Origin: Sphaerodactylus townsendi
Taxonomy: Eukaryota
Assembly (NCBI RefSeq): GCF_021028975.2
Contig: NC_059438.1
Coordinates: 25,358,001 to 25,422,000 of the forward strand
Direction: 5' to 3'
DNA length: 64,000 bases
Part shown: positions 1 through 19,501 of the stretch, piece by piece
Numbering within the stretch: position 1 is the first letter of the stretch
Layout of the letters: every line of letters begins with the position of its first letter
The notes under the pieces: model-generated
What the model was told of the DNA's origin: nothing
Database searches by the model: none
The model's input: only the letters and a program-made list of their open reading frames with translations
Translations under genes and position numbers: made by a program

Positions 1-129
1 CGCCAAACTGCACTGGCTAAAGACCGGAGCACAGAGACCAGTGTTATTCAGAAGTCTCCATAGGATCTGGAGAGGGCATGTATGTGTGGTTGTGCCAATG
101 TTTCACATGGTTCTCTTCCTGCTTGTATT

Positions 130-570
130 TCTTTTATTTTTATTTATTTTATTTATTTATTTATTAGATTTTTATACCGCCCTATCCCCGAGGGGCTCTG
201 GGCGGTGTACAACAATAAACGTAAAATGGCTAAATCTTTAAAAGCAGTGATAAAACAGTAAAAGTTAAATCTTATAAATACAATACAATAAGATACAATA
301 AAAATACAATAATAAATATAAATGGCGTCCAGCAGCTCCATATTCAAAATCCTCTCCCCAAGAGGGAGGAATGGCAGGTCCCAGATGTAGAGGGCCATGA
401 GGTAGAGGGTCATGAAAGGTGGGGGGAAGGGGGCACCATCAGCGGCCGGTTCCTCCAAAGGCCCGGTGGAACAGCTCCGTCTTACAGGCCCTGAGGAACT
501 CACCAAGGTCCCGCAGGGCCCGGACAGTTGGAGGAAGAGCGTTCCACCAGGCCGGGGCCAGAGCCGTTTA
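130..570 (-). mobile_element. L2-clade LINE 3' fragment
   Basis: Minus strand encodes an L2 ORF2-like C-terminus (ALAPAWWNALPPTVRALRDLGEFLRACKTELFHRAFGG*). It is followed by the 3' stem-loop GTACACCGCCCAGAGCCCC...GGGCGGTAT and an (AAAT)n tail. The same tail occurs on + at about 32140-32220. Confidence 0.8.
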
Positions 571-1699
571 AGACTTAGTGTAAGCCCCTCAGTGTTGGAT
601 TTATTGTTTGCCTAATGTTTATGTCAATCATTCATCTTAACTAGGTTTTCCAGTTGATTCAAGGTTTAATAATGTTAGTTTAGGATATTCTTGTTCACAT
701 ATAAGTTCTTTAGGATTGCATCTAATGTTTAAATTAGAAATGTTACTTTAGATATTTGTATCTGTTAGTAAAAGCAATAGTTTGTAGCAACTGATATTAA
801 GACCCAAGGAAGTTAGTCCTGGAATTCAGTTTGGACCAACACCTGGTAAATCTCTTTAGCAAAAACAAAGACCCTTTTGGAATTACAAATTGAATCTGAT
901 GATGGCACCTCAGATGCCCCAGCCGTTGAAGAACGTGCCACGACCATCATTGGACCATTTGAACTTTCTTTTGTTGTGGGACTGAAGCATGGGAGCCTCA
1001 AGGAATAACCCAAGGAAGCCACCCATCTGATAACAAGATACCTGGGTGCGTTAACCCAGTTTTATGAATGGACACTCTCCGCTCCCTGTTCCTGCGCTCT
1101 TGTAAAGTCTTGTGGGAAGACGCTCGACTGCGAGATCCCATGGTTCCATTCACAAAGTTGGAACTGTACCTTTCTTTGATGTGTTGATGTTTCTTTATTG
1201 TTGCAAGGTAAGGGGCCTGCCCCCTTACCCTCTTTTGATGTTTGTGTATAAAAGGCCCTGCACTCGGCTATGGCCGCGCAGTCCCCTGCCTGAGCTGTAG
1301 CAATCACTTTTGAACAAAGATATTTTGTTTTCGGAGAACACGGGCTTCCTGTGCCTCACTACGTTGCCTGAACTAAAATCGCTTAATGTTACCGGAGGAG
1401 CAGCGGCAATAACATCATTTATATGCAAAATGGCCAGTCCTGTCCTCCGCTGTGAACTGCAACAGCCCCCCGCCCTCCTCCAAGTGACGACCCTTCAGCT
1501 GCCTCCAGGGCGCCATCGTGCCCCCTCGCCTCCCACCCATGCCTTCCTTCTGCAGGGCCGGCCGGCGCACCTGCAACCAAGGGCCCTGCCAAGAAAGGGG
1601 GCAAGTGGAGCCCTGCTGGAAGGGGGCCCTGGGTATGGCCGGCCGGCTAGGATTGCCAGCCTCCTGGTGGGGGCTGGAGATCCCCTGCTATGAGAAGTG

Positions 1700-5740
<4,041 letters not shown>

Positions 5741-6759
5741 AGTTTCCCCCGGGGGCTGCAGCGGGAGGGAGGGAGGTTGGCTGGCCCCAGCTTGGCGCCC
5801 AGGAAGCCTTTTCTGCTGACAGTGGCCAATAGCAGCAGAGGGGAGTGCCCAGCCGTGTGCTGCGCATTTGTGGAGTGAAGAGAGGAAGCAACGTGCAAAG
5901 GACTGGCCTGACCCGTCCCCTCCCTCCCTCCCCCCCCCACTTTCTCTCTGGCTCAGTCTCTTCCTAATTTATGCTTCTTGGTTCCGTTGATGTAAGTAAA
6001 AACAATCCCAAAGCTCTGCCGCGCCCCCAGCCCTTTTCCCGAGACCCTCTTTGGATTGGCACCTCACGCACGCCTTCCCAAGAAGAGGACCAGACACGGG
6101 GAGGGGGGGGCTCCGCCTGGAAACGGGAGATGCCGCAACGCCCGCCTAGCACTGGGCCCGCCCCTCTGCCAGTGGTACCCTCGCGTATGAGTTCATGCCC
6201 CTGGCGCCACAGGCCCTGAGGCATTGCACAGCTCTCCCTGGCCCCACACTAGTCGATGCTGCCAAGTCTGCCTGCGGAGCACTGAAGCCACGCTCGGCCA
6301 CTAGCCAAGCTCCCAGAAGCTCTGCCTGCTCCCTCCCTGCCAAGGAACGTGGCCACGTGTGGGCCTGCTGCTGCTGCTGGTGTACAGGGGGCAGAACCTG
6401 AAAGAATCCTCCCCTGGCCCAGGCCCGCTGGGGCAAGGCAACTATGCGCAAACCTCCAATGTGGATTGGGGGGAATCTGTACCCTGAGTGGCTCCCAAAC
6501 CTTCTGCAAGGGGCAGGGGGGGTTCGGTGTTTCTTCCAAGAGGTGAATGGCTGCTTTGTTCTCTGTCCGCCCAGCTGCTCTGGCTGGACGGTGCTTTCGC
6601 CTGAGCCCTGAGGTGAGGGTGGGAATTTTTATGGGAATTTCTTGTGGGAATTTCTGGCCGTTTCAGACAGGAGAGTCACTGCCCCCTTCCCCTCTCTTGC
6701 CCCATGTACGTAATTTCAGTTGATCCTTGTGTTGGGGAAAGGGACATTGTGTGGAAAAA

Positions 6760-6765
6760 AATAAA
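6760..6765 (+). terminator. Candidate VPS4A polyadenylation signal AATAAA
   Basis: Canonical hexamer about 1 kb after the stop, followed by T/GT-rich sequence. Confidence 0.6.
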
Positions 6766-7291
6766 CCATTGAAAATCATGGCATTGACGTCTTTATATGT
6801 CCCGTTTACTTTGCTTGTTACTGAACTGGAACCAAATGCACAAGCCCCGTCTTTTCCACTGTCAAGACTTCAAATCAGTACTTGTAATGTGAGGCTCTGC
6901 AGGCTTTTTGCAGGGAATGGGGGTGGGGGGTGGGGGGGGGTAGAGAAGCTAAGCAGCCTTGGCTGACCTTTGCCAGGCTTCATTTCCCATATGAGTGTGG
7001 GCTTGCAGCACGGGCCCCGTTTCCCTCGGTCGTGGGCCATCGAGGAGGTGCTGCATCAACAGGCTAGGCAGGAGGCCAAATGCAGTGTGCAGGTGGGGGT
7101 CAGCCTCTCCCTCGCAGAGGATTAACTTCTTTTGCCGACATCGCGTGCCCGGCCAGCGTCAAGAGGTGGCCCAGCTGGCCTGTGCAGCTGGGTAATGACC
7201 AACTGGCCCCTTTGTGGACAGGCCCTGTGCGAAGGGCTTGGTGGCTTGGTGGGCTCAGATGTGGAGTAGTGCCGCCCCCCCCCCCGTGAGG

Positions 7292-7997
7292 TCACTCTGC
7301 CAGCTGGGCCCAGCGCAGGTTGGCGAAGGTTTTGCTGTCCATCCTGTCGATGTAGAGGATCCCCTGGAGGTGGTCCATCTCGTGCTGGACGATGCGGGCT
7401 GCCCAGCCGCTGGCCTCCCAGGAGGTCTCCTCGCCAGCTTCATTCAGGCCTGGGGAGAGAGGGAGGGCTGCCATCACAAGCGGACCGGGGGGGGGGGCAA
7501 GGAACCCGGGCCCCTTCCTCACCTCCGCGCCCCCCCCCCCCCCCGGCCGCGGCGCCTACCTTCCACGAGCACGGCCTGGTAGCGGGGCACGGCGGCCGAG
7601 AAGCCCGGGAGGCTGCGGCAGCCCTCGGGGAAGCTCAGGAGGCGGGCGTCGAGGACGCGCAGGGTGGGGTTGACGAAGACGCGCAGCGGGAAGGCGCGCA
7701 TCTGGCGGGCGGGGCGCGGCGCAGGGCGGGCGGGGCGCGGCGCAGGAGGCGCTCGGGCAGCTCGGCCACGAAGACCTGCAGCGGCACCCCCAGCTGCGGC
7801 GCGCTCAGCCCCACGCAGCCCTCCTCCCGCCGCAGCGCCCGCACCAGCGCCCCCACCAGCGCCCGCACCTCCGCGCCCCCCGCCTGCCCCGCCGCCACCG
7901 GCGCCGCCGCCCCCCGCAGCACCGGGTCGCCCACCTGCCGCACCGGCCCCAGCCCCCGCGCCCACCACCACGCGCCCAGCAGCCCCCGCCCCGCCAT
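7292..7997 (-). CDS. PDF: Mitochondrial peptide deformylase, 2 exons, with apparent frameshift in exon 1
   Basis: Exon 1 7997-7560, exon 2 7449-7292. Motifs [22 protein letters not shown] and QHEMDHLQG. Motif 1 and motif 2 lie in different reading frames, with the switch inside the 21-bp tandem repeat at 7704-7745. Confidence 0.9.
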
Positions 7998-8187
7998 GCC
8001 TTCCCCGACGGCCGGGCCGCTAGGGGGCGGGGCAAAGGGAAGGGCGGGGCGCCCACAGAGAAGCCCCTCCTCCGAGGCCCTCCCTGCCCGCGGTTGAGCC
8101 CGCCCCGCAACTAGGCCACCGGCATGGAGGGGCGGGGGCGGAGGAGCGGGAACGAGACGGGTCGGATTCTAGTCTGTTCATAAACCA

Positions 8188-8193
8188 TTTATT
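8188..8193 (-). terminator. Candidate COG8 polyadenylation signal (AATAAA on minus; second copy 8233-8238)
   Basis: TTTATT on + at 8188-8193 and 8233-8238, between the COG8 stop and the PDF start. Confidence 0.45.
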
Positions 8194-8278
8194 AATCAAC
8201 CGTTTCTAGAATGTTGCAGGCGTTTTTATAGATTTATTGTTTAATGCTGTATTTAAATGTTTTACTGTGTGTTTAACT

Positions 8279-8917
8279 CAGGGGTCCCCAAACTTTTTAA
8301 ACAGGGGGCCAGTTCACTGTCCCTCAGACAGTTGGAGGGCCGGACTACAAAAAACTATGAACAAATTCCTATGCACAAATGATTGTAAAATGTTTGATTT
8401 CACCTTTCAGCCTTTCTGTCATGGTCTATTTTTAGAACAGTGACCAAAGTATGTCAAGTACAGGGTGGGCTCCAAATATTGTTGGGGAGGCTGTGGAATA
8501 CCTTCCCCTGTAAAAAAAAAAAGCAGAACTTTCCCAATGAAGCATTCCATCTAACCCAGGATCAGGTATCTTCCTGGGTTCTTTCCTCCCTAGCAGCCAG
8601 CGAGCGATTCGCCAGCCTGGCTGATGCCAATGGGAGTGAGGCGGAACAGAAAGCCTGAGAGCAACACATGGAGTAGCCGAGAGGGAAGGGCGGAGCAGGC
8701 GTTGCCACATGTAAGGTTTCCAACTCTGGGTCAGAAAATGCATGGAGATTTGGGGTGCCATCATGTAACTGCAATCAACAGCCGTTGGGGCCGGTTCCTC
8801 CTCTCCCTCGAGCCCCCACTGCACATGAATGGAGCCATCGCTGCCATGCTTGGCGGGCCGGATAAATGCCTTCAGGGGGCCACATTTGGCCCCCGGGCCG
8901 TAGTTTGGGGACCCCTG
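8279..8917. mobile_element. Non-autonomous hAT-Charlie element resembling OposCharlie1 (OC1)
   Basis: Perfect 16-bp TIRs CAGGGGTCCCCAAACT / AGTTTGGGGACCCCTG and perfect 8-bp TSD GTTTAACT (8271-8278, 8918-8925). Subterminal sequence matches my recollection of OC1 ends. Confidence 0.85.
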
Positions 8918-10073
8918 GTTTAACTGGTTGTAATTCTCCCTCTGGGAGAGGGCAGGATAAAAATAACATAAAATCAATGTGTGAAATGCTTCCGTGCAAA
9001 GGTCCCAGAAGAGGGGAGAGGCGCCAGTATGCAAAAACTGGATTTAGAAAGGGTCTTTTGGATTAAAAAGAGGCCAGGGGTCCAACTCATAGCGTTCAGT
9101 GGAGTTTCATGCCCGTGCTCTGGCTTGCCTTTGAATGTAGAGGTTGTGAGGGGGCAGATTGCTTTGGCTAAACAAAAGGCATCCTATGCCCTTCGTAGCT
9201 ACAGCCAGTGTTCCTGACTTTCTAGCAAGGCAATTCCTGTGAGTTTTGTGTGTTAGCAGGATAACCCAGAGAATATCTAGGATGACAGAGGACTGGTTTA
9301 AGAGGCTCTCATTGTAGATCTAGTGGCCGTGACTAGTGCTGAAAATGGTATCGAAGCAGGAGTTTTAGTTCATTCCGGGCCAATTCCCAGTCTGGCCCTC
9401 AAGCCAGGCAAGAAGGATGCTACTGGGCACCTGTGCTCTGGCTGTCTGCCCCCCCTCGCCTCTCAGGTCCCGCCTTCCTCCACCCCAGCCTCCTCTGCCC
9501 TCTTGCCACAGTGTTTTTAGCAAAATGCTTCTCCTGATCTACTCCCTGTTGCTTTGCCAGCATTTGTGCTGCTTCGGCACTCCTCCTGTTGCTTTGAAAT
9601 GGCCATCCCACCCCCCGTGTTTCTTGCTTCCTTCAATACACTCAGGAGTCATGCTGCCGCCGGTCTTAGACTAGGCCTTAACTTTCAAGGGATGCACAGA
9701 CTAAAAGAAGGTTTAAAAAAATCTAACCCTGGAAGGGAAGTGCATGAAGAACATATCTCTCCCACCAGCAAAGTTAAGACACAATGACTTTGAAGTTTAC
9801 TGAGATTCAGATTGAAGTTTACAGAATTTGAAGTTTACTGAGATTCAGAGATGCCAGGCTCAGACATATCTACCGAGGTCCAGTTCTGTCTTCCCTCCTC
9901 ACAAGCACAAGGCTGTTTTTATACACAAATTTGTTCTTCCCAGTCATTTTCTTGTATGCCCGGAGGGATCTCAGGAGCCGAGTCCCGGCCACAGCTGGCA
10001 ATGCACCCAATGGCTCCTCTCTGCAGCCAAGTGCACGACAGCAGCTCAGAAAGCAGCAACAGTTTGGGAATAA

Positions 10074-12989
10074 CTATTCTGGGGCAGGAGAGGCTCTGAC
10101 CTGGCTGGTGTCCCCAGAGGCCTGGTGACCACTGTCTGCTTCTGGAGTTGGGGAGCTGCGTGCCACTTCGGGTGCCGACACAGGGCGCTGCAAATCCACA
10201 GGAGGTGCTGGGCTTTCCTGACCCGGCCCATCCTCCTTGTCCAAGGGAAAGGCTGTCTCTCTGTCAGGCAGAATCGGGGCCAGGAGCTCCAGGATGACAT
10301 TCTCATCCACACAGCCAAAGTTACCGTATTTCTGCAACTGAGTAGTGGGAACACCTAGTAGGAAAGGGGAGAAAAGGCAAAGACTAGAAACCAAAAGTCA
10401 CAATTTAGGTCAAACTACCGAGGCTCTTCTAAACTGCTTCCAATACTCTCACCCAAAAAGCACTCAAACTGCAAAATACCAAATTCCCTTTACAAGATCT
10501 TCTCAACTCCATAACCAAATAGGACCCCTCACCCTGCCCTCTAGCCTGTAGGGTCTCAAAACCTTGGGGCTTGGCAGGGTGATCAGAAGGCACTTCCTTC
10601 CTCCCAAAACGCCAACCCTCCCAAACAAAGGTAGCCATACCCAGGGTCTGTGCAATCTGGGCTGGTGGAAAGAGCAGCTGGAGGCACCGGTTGAGATAGG
10701 GCACCAAATCTTCCAGAAACGTCATGCAGAACTGAACAAACAGTTCCTGCTCTCGGCTGCTGAAAGCCACCTCCTCCGCCCGGTGGAAGGCTACGATGAT
10801 CTTGGTCACCTGCAGAGAGAGAAGATGAACGAGACACAATTCACTCTTGGATTCCCAGCCCAGCTAGTTATTCCAGGACTTGACCATAACTGGGGCTGCA
10901 ATCCTAAGAATGGTAGTCCAGTAGCAAGCCCCTGACTTTACTTCTAAGTAGACCTGATTAGGATTGCTCCCAGGAGGCCTGAAACCATTTCCTGAAGTCA
11001 GAAGAGGAATGAAGTGGCAGACATGGCTGTCCTCCCAGAAGGCTGGATAAATACTATGAACCCAGCCCACGAGCTGCCTGCACACTTTCCATCCATTCTG
11101 CCCCCAAGATGCTGGGAACCTTCCTTTCAAGCCCTGAAACACAAAGGAAAGAGAGCCTCACCTGGCACAGCGCATTCTCCAGGGCAGCTGCCACGTCTTG
11201 AGCAAGAGCCACCGGGCAGCAAAGACGCAGGTCATTGAAGGCCACCAGGATGTTATTGAGGAAGCAGGCAAGCGGGGGGAAGTCCAGAAGCACCATTGGA
11301 GGCTGGAGTGTGGCTGGTTGGGCAGTTGGCACAGCCATAGGGACTGTGCTGCCCAGGACAGCAGGCACAGAGATCAGTGTGTATGAGTTCATTTCCTCCT
11401 GGAATTTGTTCAAAGCCTCCTGAACGGCTTTCTGAAAGGTTTGCAGGGCCACTCGTTGAAAAATGGGGGCCAGCTGGCCCCGGAAGTCTGCTCCCACACG
11501 ACTAAAGGACAGGCCAAAGTACATGCACTGGCCAAGGAGAGAGTCCAGCCGCCCACCCACTCCGCGCTGCAAGTCACTCTCTAAGACCTGCAGAAACTGG
11601 GAAACCTTCTGCAAAACCCAGCCGTGGAAGATGGCGCTTTCGTTAAGGGCACCCTGCCCAGAGGAAGGCATGAGCGGCTCTTCATCTGCAAAAATGGCCC
11701 GGTACTGTGTGACAATGTCAAAGAGGTGGACGCGGCATGCCTCGATGGTCTTGGTGATGTGTACATAGGGATCACTGTCTGGGATTGCAGCGAGAATGGA
11801 GCGCAACCAGACGTCCCGTGCCTGCAGGAATGTGATGCGTAACTCAGCCTCCGTAAAAACGTCCATGCAGCGCAAGTAACCAATGAGCCGCAAGCAGGCT
11901 GGCAGCTGGATGTTAGTGCGCAGCTGCTGGATCAGCTGGGCCAGCATGAGCTGCGTTGACTGACGCACCTCTGCCACTATACCCTGCAGAAACGAAAGAA
12001 AATTAATATCCTATACAATACGACAACATGCTACTGGCAGATGTCTCTGGAAAGCTGGGCAGATGGTCTGGCTGCTCTGGCATCAGGTACTTTATTATCA
12101 GTCCACAAAAGCCTTCAGCTGCTACAGCTACTTTCCGTGCCTCCTTTCTATGGCAAAGCATAGTAGGCGTCACCTACCTCACCCCCTCCCCATCTGCTAG
12201 AGTTGTTTTTGAACGGACCCCCTGGGCCTCTCCAGCAGACACCCAACTGCCGCCATGCTCCTGCGAGAGATTGAAGCAGAGAAGGGACAGGACCGTGGCG
12301 GCTGGGGGGGGGGGGGGGGCGCACCTGGATGACGGGGAGGTCGGGGTGCTTCTTGTGCAGGCGGCGGGCGTGGGCCACCAGGGCCAGGGCCTCCTCGTGG
12401 TAGCCGTTGCGCACGCAGGTGTCCATGAGCTGCGGGATCTCGAGCACCTCCAGGATCTCGGTGTGGCGGCTCAGCGTCAGGCTGTTCATGCGGCGGCTCT
12501 GGGCGATCTGCTCGGCCTCGCGGGAGAAGGTCCTGCGGGAGGGAAGAGCCGCGGGTCAGGCCGGCCCTCCCGCCTCCCGGGGAGCCTCGGCGGCCCCGCC
12601 CCCCGCCCCCCCGCCGCGCAGCCCCACCGGCAGGTCTGGGCGAAGGGCGCCAGGCGGCCCAGGAGGCGGTCGAGGCCCCGCTCGATGCCCGCGAAGCCGC
12701 GGCGGGTGCCGGCCGTGCACTCGGCCGAGCGGATGAAGGTCTTGTAGTGGGCGAAGGCCAAGGCCCGCGTCTGCGCCCCCAGCTGCGCCCGGTCCTCCGC
12801 CAGCCGGCCCGGCTCCCTCCGCAGCGCCTCCACGCCCAGCCCCGACAGCTCCGCCAGGTAGGCCGGCAGCTCCGCCTCCCCCCCCGACGGCGGCGGCGGC
12901 CCCGGAGACCCGCCCCGGAACAGCCAGGCCAGCAGGCTCGCCTCCTCCAGGCCGCCGCCGCCCCCCGCCAGCGAGCCCCCCGCCGCCAT
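10074..12989 (-). CDS. COG8: Conserved oligomeric Golgi complex subunit 8, 613 aa, 5 coding exons
   Basis: Exons 12989-12628, 12532-12325, 11983-11162, 10809-10641, 10354-10074 total 1842 nt. Dor1-like domain: LAFAHYKTFIRSAEC, LEVLEIPQLMDTCVRNG, LLGQCMYFGLSFSRVGADFR. Confidence 0.96.
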
Positions 12990-13240
12990 CGGGCCTCCAC
13001 GTGGAACAGGAAGCGGCCGCCGCGGCACTCCGGAAGACTTCCGGCCGGGCACTCGATTCCTCTGCGGGACGGACTTCCGGGAGCGTCGGGCCGGAAGTCG
13101 TCACTTTCCTCGTCGGGGCTCCGGAACAGCCGGCCTCGGTCGCTGTCGCGCAGCCGGGCGGAGCTAGCGGTGACTGCTTCCGGGGGCGACGGCGGCGGGG
13201 TCGCGGCTTCCGGCTGGTGCCTGCCGGGCGAGGCGAGGCG
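12990..13240. promoter_or_regulatory. Bidirectional COG8/NIP7 promoter with clustered ETS (GABPA/ELK-type) motifs in a CpG island
   Basis: 251 bp between divergent ATGs. CCGGAAGACTTCCGG palindrome 13030-13044, ACTTCCGG 13073-13080, CCGGAAGT 13091-13098, plus further CCGGAA/CTTCCG copies. Confidence 0.8.
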
Positions 13241-14421
13241 ATGCGGCCGCTGACGGAGGAGGAGACGCGCGCGCTCTTCGAGAAGCTGGCCAAATAGTAA
13301 GTCGGGGACGCGCTCGACCTCCCCCCCCCTTCGCGGCCCCCCCCCGTTCACCCCCCACCCACCCCCCTTCTTCTCTGCCCCTGCGCAGCGTGGGCGAGAA
13401 CCTGCCGCTGCTGGTGGACCGGCCCGACGGCGCCTACTGCTTCCGCCTGCACAAGGACCGCGTCTATTACCTCAGGTACGCGGGCGGGCGAGGGGGTGGG
13501 GGGCTGGAGAGAAGCCCCTCGTGGCACCGGCGGGGTGGGGGGGTCCCCGTTCCCGGCACGTGGCCGCCGCAGGACCCTCCGCTGAGGAGGCTGATCGCGG
13601 TGTCGTCCCCCAACCCCCCCCCCCACCCCCATTGTCGCGCAGCGAGAGGATCCTGAAGCTGGCCGCCCACGTCCCCCGGGAGAGCCTGGCGTCCCTGGGC
13701 TCCTGCTTCGGCAAGTTCACCAAGACCCACAAGTTCCGCCTCCACATCACTGCCTTGGACTACCTCGCCCCCTACGCCAAGGTGGGCTCCGGTTTGGTGC
13801 TTCTGTTGCGGGGGTGGGGTGGGGGTGATGACGACCCTGGCCTGTGCGGTTCCCAAGGGGCAGAGGAGGCACTTTGCCCACCTGAGAGGGGAGACCAGGC
13901 GACAACTAACCGAAAGAGCGAGCACAGCTTTGCCATGCTTGGTGGTCTGGTCAGGATGAGAACAGGGGGTGGGGGACAGTGAATCCCCTCCCTCTAACCG
14001 CACAAGGTTGGGTTGTTTGTGCCTCGCTATGCGCAGCCTTATACAATCTTTGGGTTTTTTCCCTCTACAGTACAAAGTGTGGGTAAAGCCTGGGGCAGAA
14101 CAGTCTTTTCTTTATGGGAACCACGTACTGAAATCTGGCTTAGGGCGGATTACAGAGAGCACGGCTCAATACCAGGGTGTGGTGGTGTACTCCATGGCTG
14201 ACGTCCCCCTGGTAAGTGATTGCGGGCAGAGGGGCAAGTCTTTGGATCTGACTGGATAAAGAGTGCCTCATCCTCTGCTCTGTTTTTTTTGGCTTTCCCA
14301 GGGTTTTGGAGTGGCAGCTCGGTCCACGCAGGAGTGCCGGAAGGTGGACCCCATGGCCATTGTGGTATTTCATCAGGCAGACATTGGGGAGTACATTCGT
14401 CACGAGGAGACGCTAACTTAA
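13241..14421 (+). CDS. NIP7: 60S ribosome subunit biogenesis protein NIP7, 180 aa, 5 exons
   Basis: Exons 13241-13296, 13389-13475, 13643-13781, 14071-14211, 14302-14421 total 543 nt. [10 protein letters not shown] start, [23 protein letters not shown] domain, end [15 protein letters not shown]. Confidence 0.97.
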
Positions 14422-14965
14422 GGCGTTACAGACTTTTTGAATAGGACAAGATCCAAAGGAATGGACTGAATTGCCAACTGATCACTCCCGTTCCCTGCAT
14501 TCCTTGGTTGGCTGGGCTGTGCAGTGTCTGTGACAGGGAGAATCAGGTCGCAAATGTATCTGTCTGGTGTTAATCCATGAGATGGCGCAGCGAGAACTGT
14601 GCCTGCCTGTAGACAAGCGAATTGCTGCCAGTCTTCACTCCTACAAAGTAAAACTCTGTCTTATGTCTCAATGTGGTTGTCTTGACACTAATTAGGATGC
14701 AGCTTTTTTTCCCCCTCCCTGGGAAAAAGGCAGTTAGAACATTCCTTTGTTTCTCCATTTGCAGCAGCCACATTTGCTTAATGGCATAGAAAGGCTAGTT
14801 CTCAAGGGACCCAAGTGCTCGCGTGTGTGTGTACATATTTCACCCTTATTTGTAACGGGTAGATTATCATCAAACAGTCTATATTTGTAACATGGGTTGA
14901 AACCAGAAGGATTGCCAACATCATGCAAGTTGATCAGGGGAGTGTTCCGGCTGCTCCGTGAAGGT

Positions 14966-18569
<3,604 letters not shown>

Positions 18570-18825
18570 TCACGCCCAGTATTTGATTGGCTGGCTATTG
18601 GCTGAAGGCTAGACCAGGACATCTTAGGAATGAAACCGCCACGGATTGCACGTGGGACCTTTCGCAGCCTGATTCTCTACAGACCACAGCTAGGGTGGGA
18701 CACAGAGGTCTGTCCTGAGGCACGCAGGCCCCCCCTCCCCCACCTGAGTGGGACTCCTAGGCGGCAGCATTCATCATGAGCTACGGCTCTTTGCAGCTCT
18801 GCTCAGTCTGGATTGGGCACTTTTT

Positions 18826-19280
18826 CTATCTCTTCGATATCCTTTTTGAGATGCGCCAATTATTGGTGAACTGAGCACAGGGGTACCTGCGCGGCCGCAC
18901 CACTGCTTTATATAAGGGCATGACAATCCTTGCAGTTTTATTATCAACTCCTTTCCTAATTATCCCCAGCATAGAGTTTGCCTTTTTCACAGCTGCCATG
19001 CATTGAGTTGACATTCCCATGGAACTATCAACTAAGACGCCCAAATCCCTTTCTGGTCTGTGACTCATAGCACTGGCCCTTGTATGTGAAGTTTGGGGTT
19101 TTTTTGCCCCTATGTGCATCACTTTACATTTTGCTACATTGAACTGCATTTGCCATTTCTTAGCCCACTCACCTAATTTATCAAGGTCCGCTTGGAGCTC
19201 TTTGCAATCCTTTGTGGTTCTCACCACCCTACATAATTTGGTATCATCTGCAAACTTGGCCACCACACTACTCACCCCTA
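18826..19280 (-). mobile_element. CR1 LINE internal fragment
   Basis: KFADDTKL...WQMQFNVAKCKVMHIG...KKANSMLGII RT motifs; closely similar to the copy at 32467-33398. Confidence 0.9.
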
Positions 19281-19495
19281 ACGTACCTGAATGGGATGCG
19301 CCCACGCAACACCCACAGAAATAGCACCCCAAGGGATGAAACCAAATGCGCCCTCCCACGAGAGCCCTGGCACTTGCAGGGGCTGCCTTGCTCTGAGCAG
19401 CGGAGCTTTGTACACCCCTGAGGGATGGGAGCAGCTGCTCGTCTGTCTCTTGGGAAAAGGGTCCACAATTCTAAGCAGAGATCAGAAAATAGAAC

Positions 19496-19501
19496 TTTAT
19501 T
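19496..19501 (-). terminator. Candidate TERF2 polyadenylation signal
   Basis: TTTATT on + about 350 bp downstream of the TERF2 stop. Confidence 0.6.

Noticed and set aside
1-1100. Possible LTR remnant or upstream-gene 3' UTR around the L2 fragment
   Set aside because: No termini, TSD or recognisable coding similarity visible; cannot be assigned.
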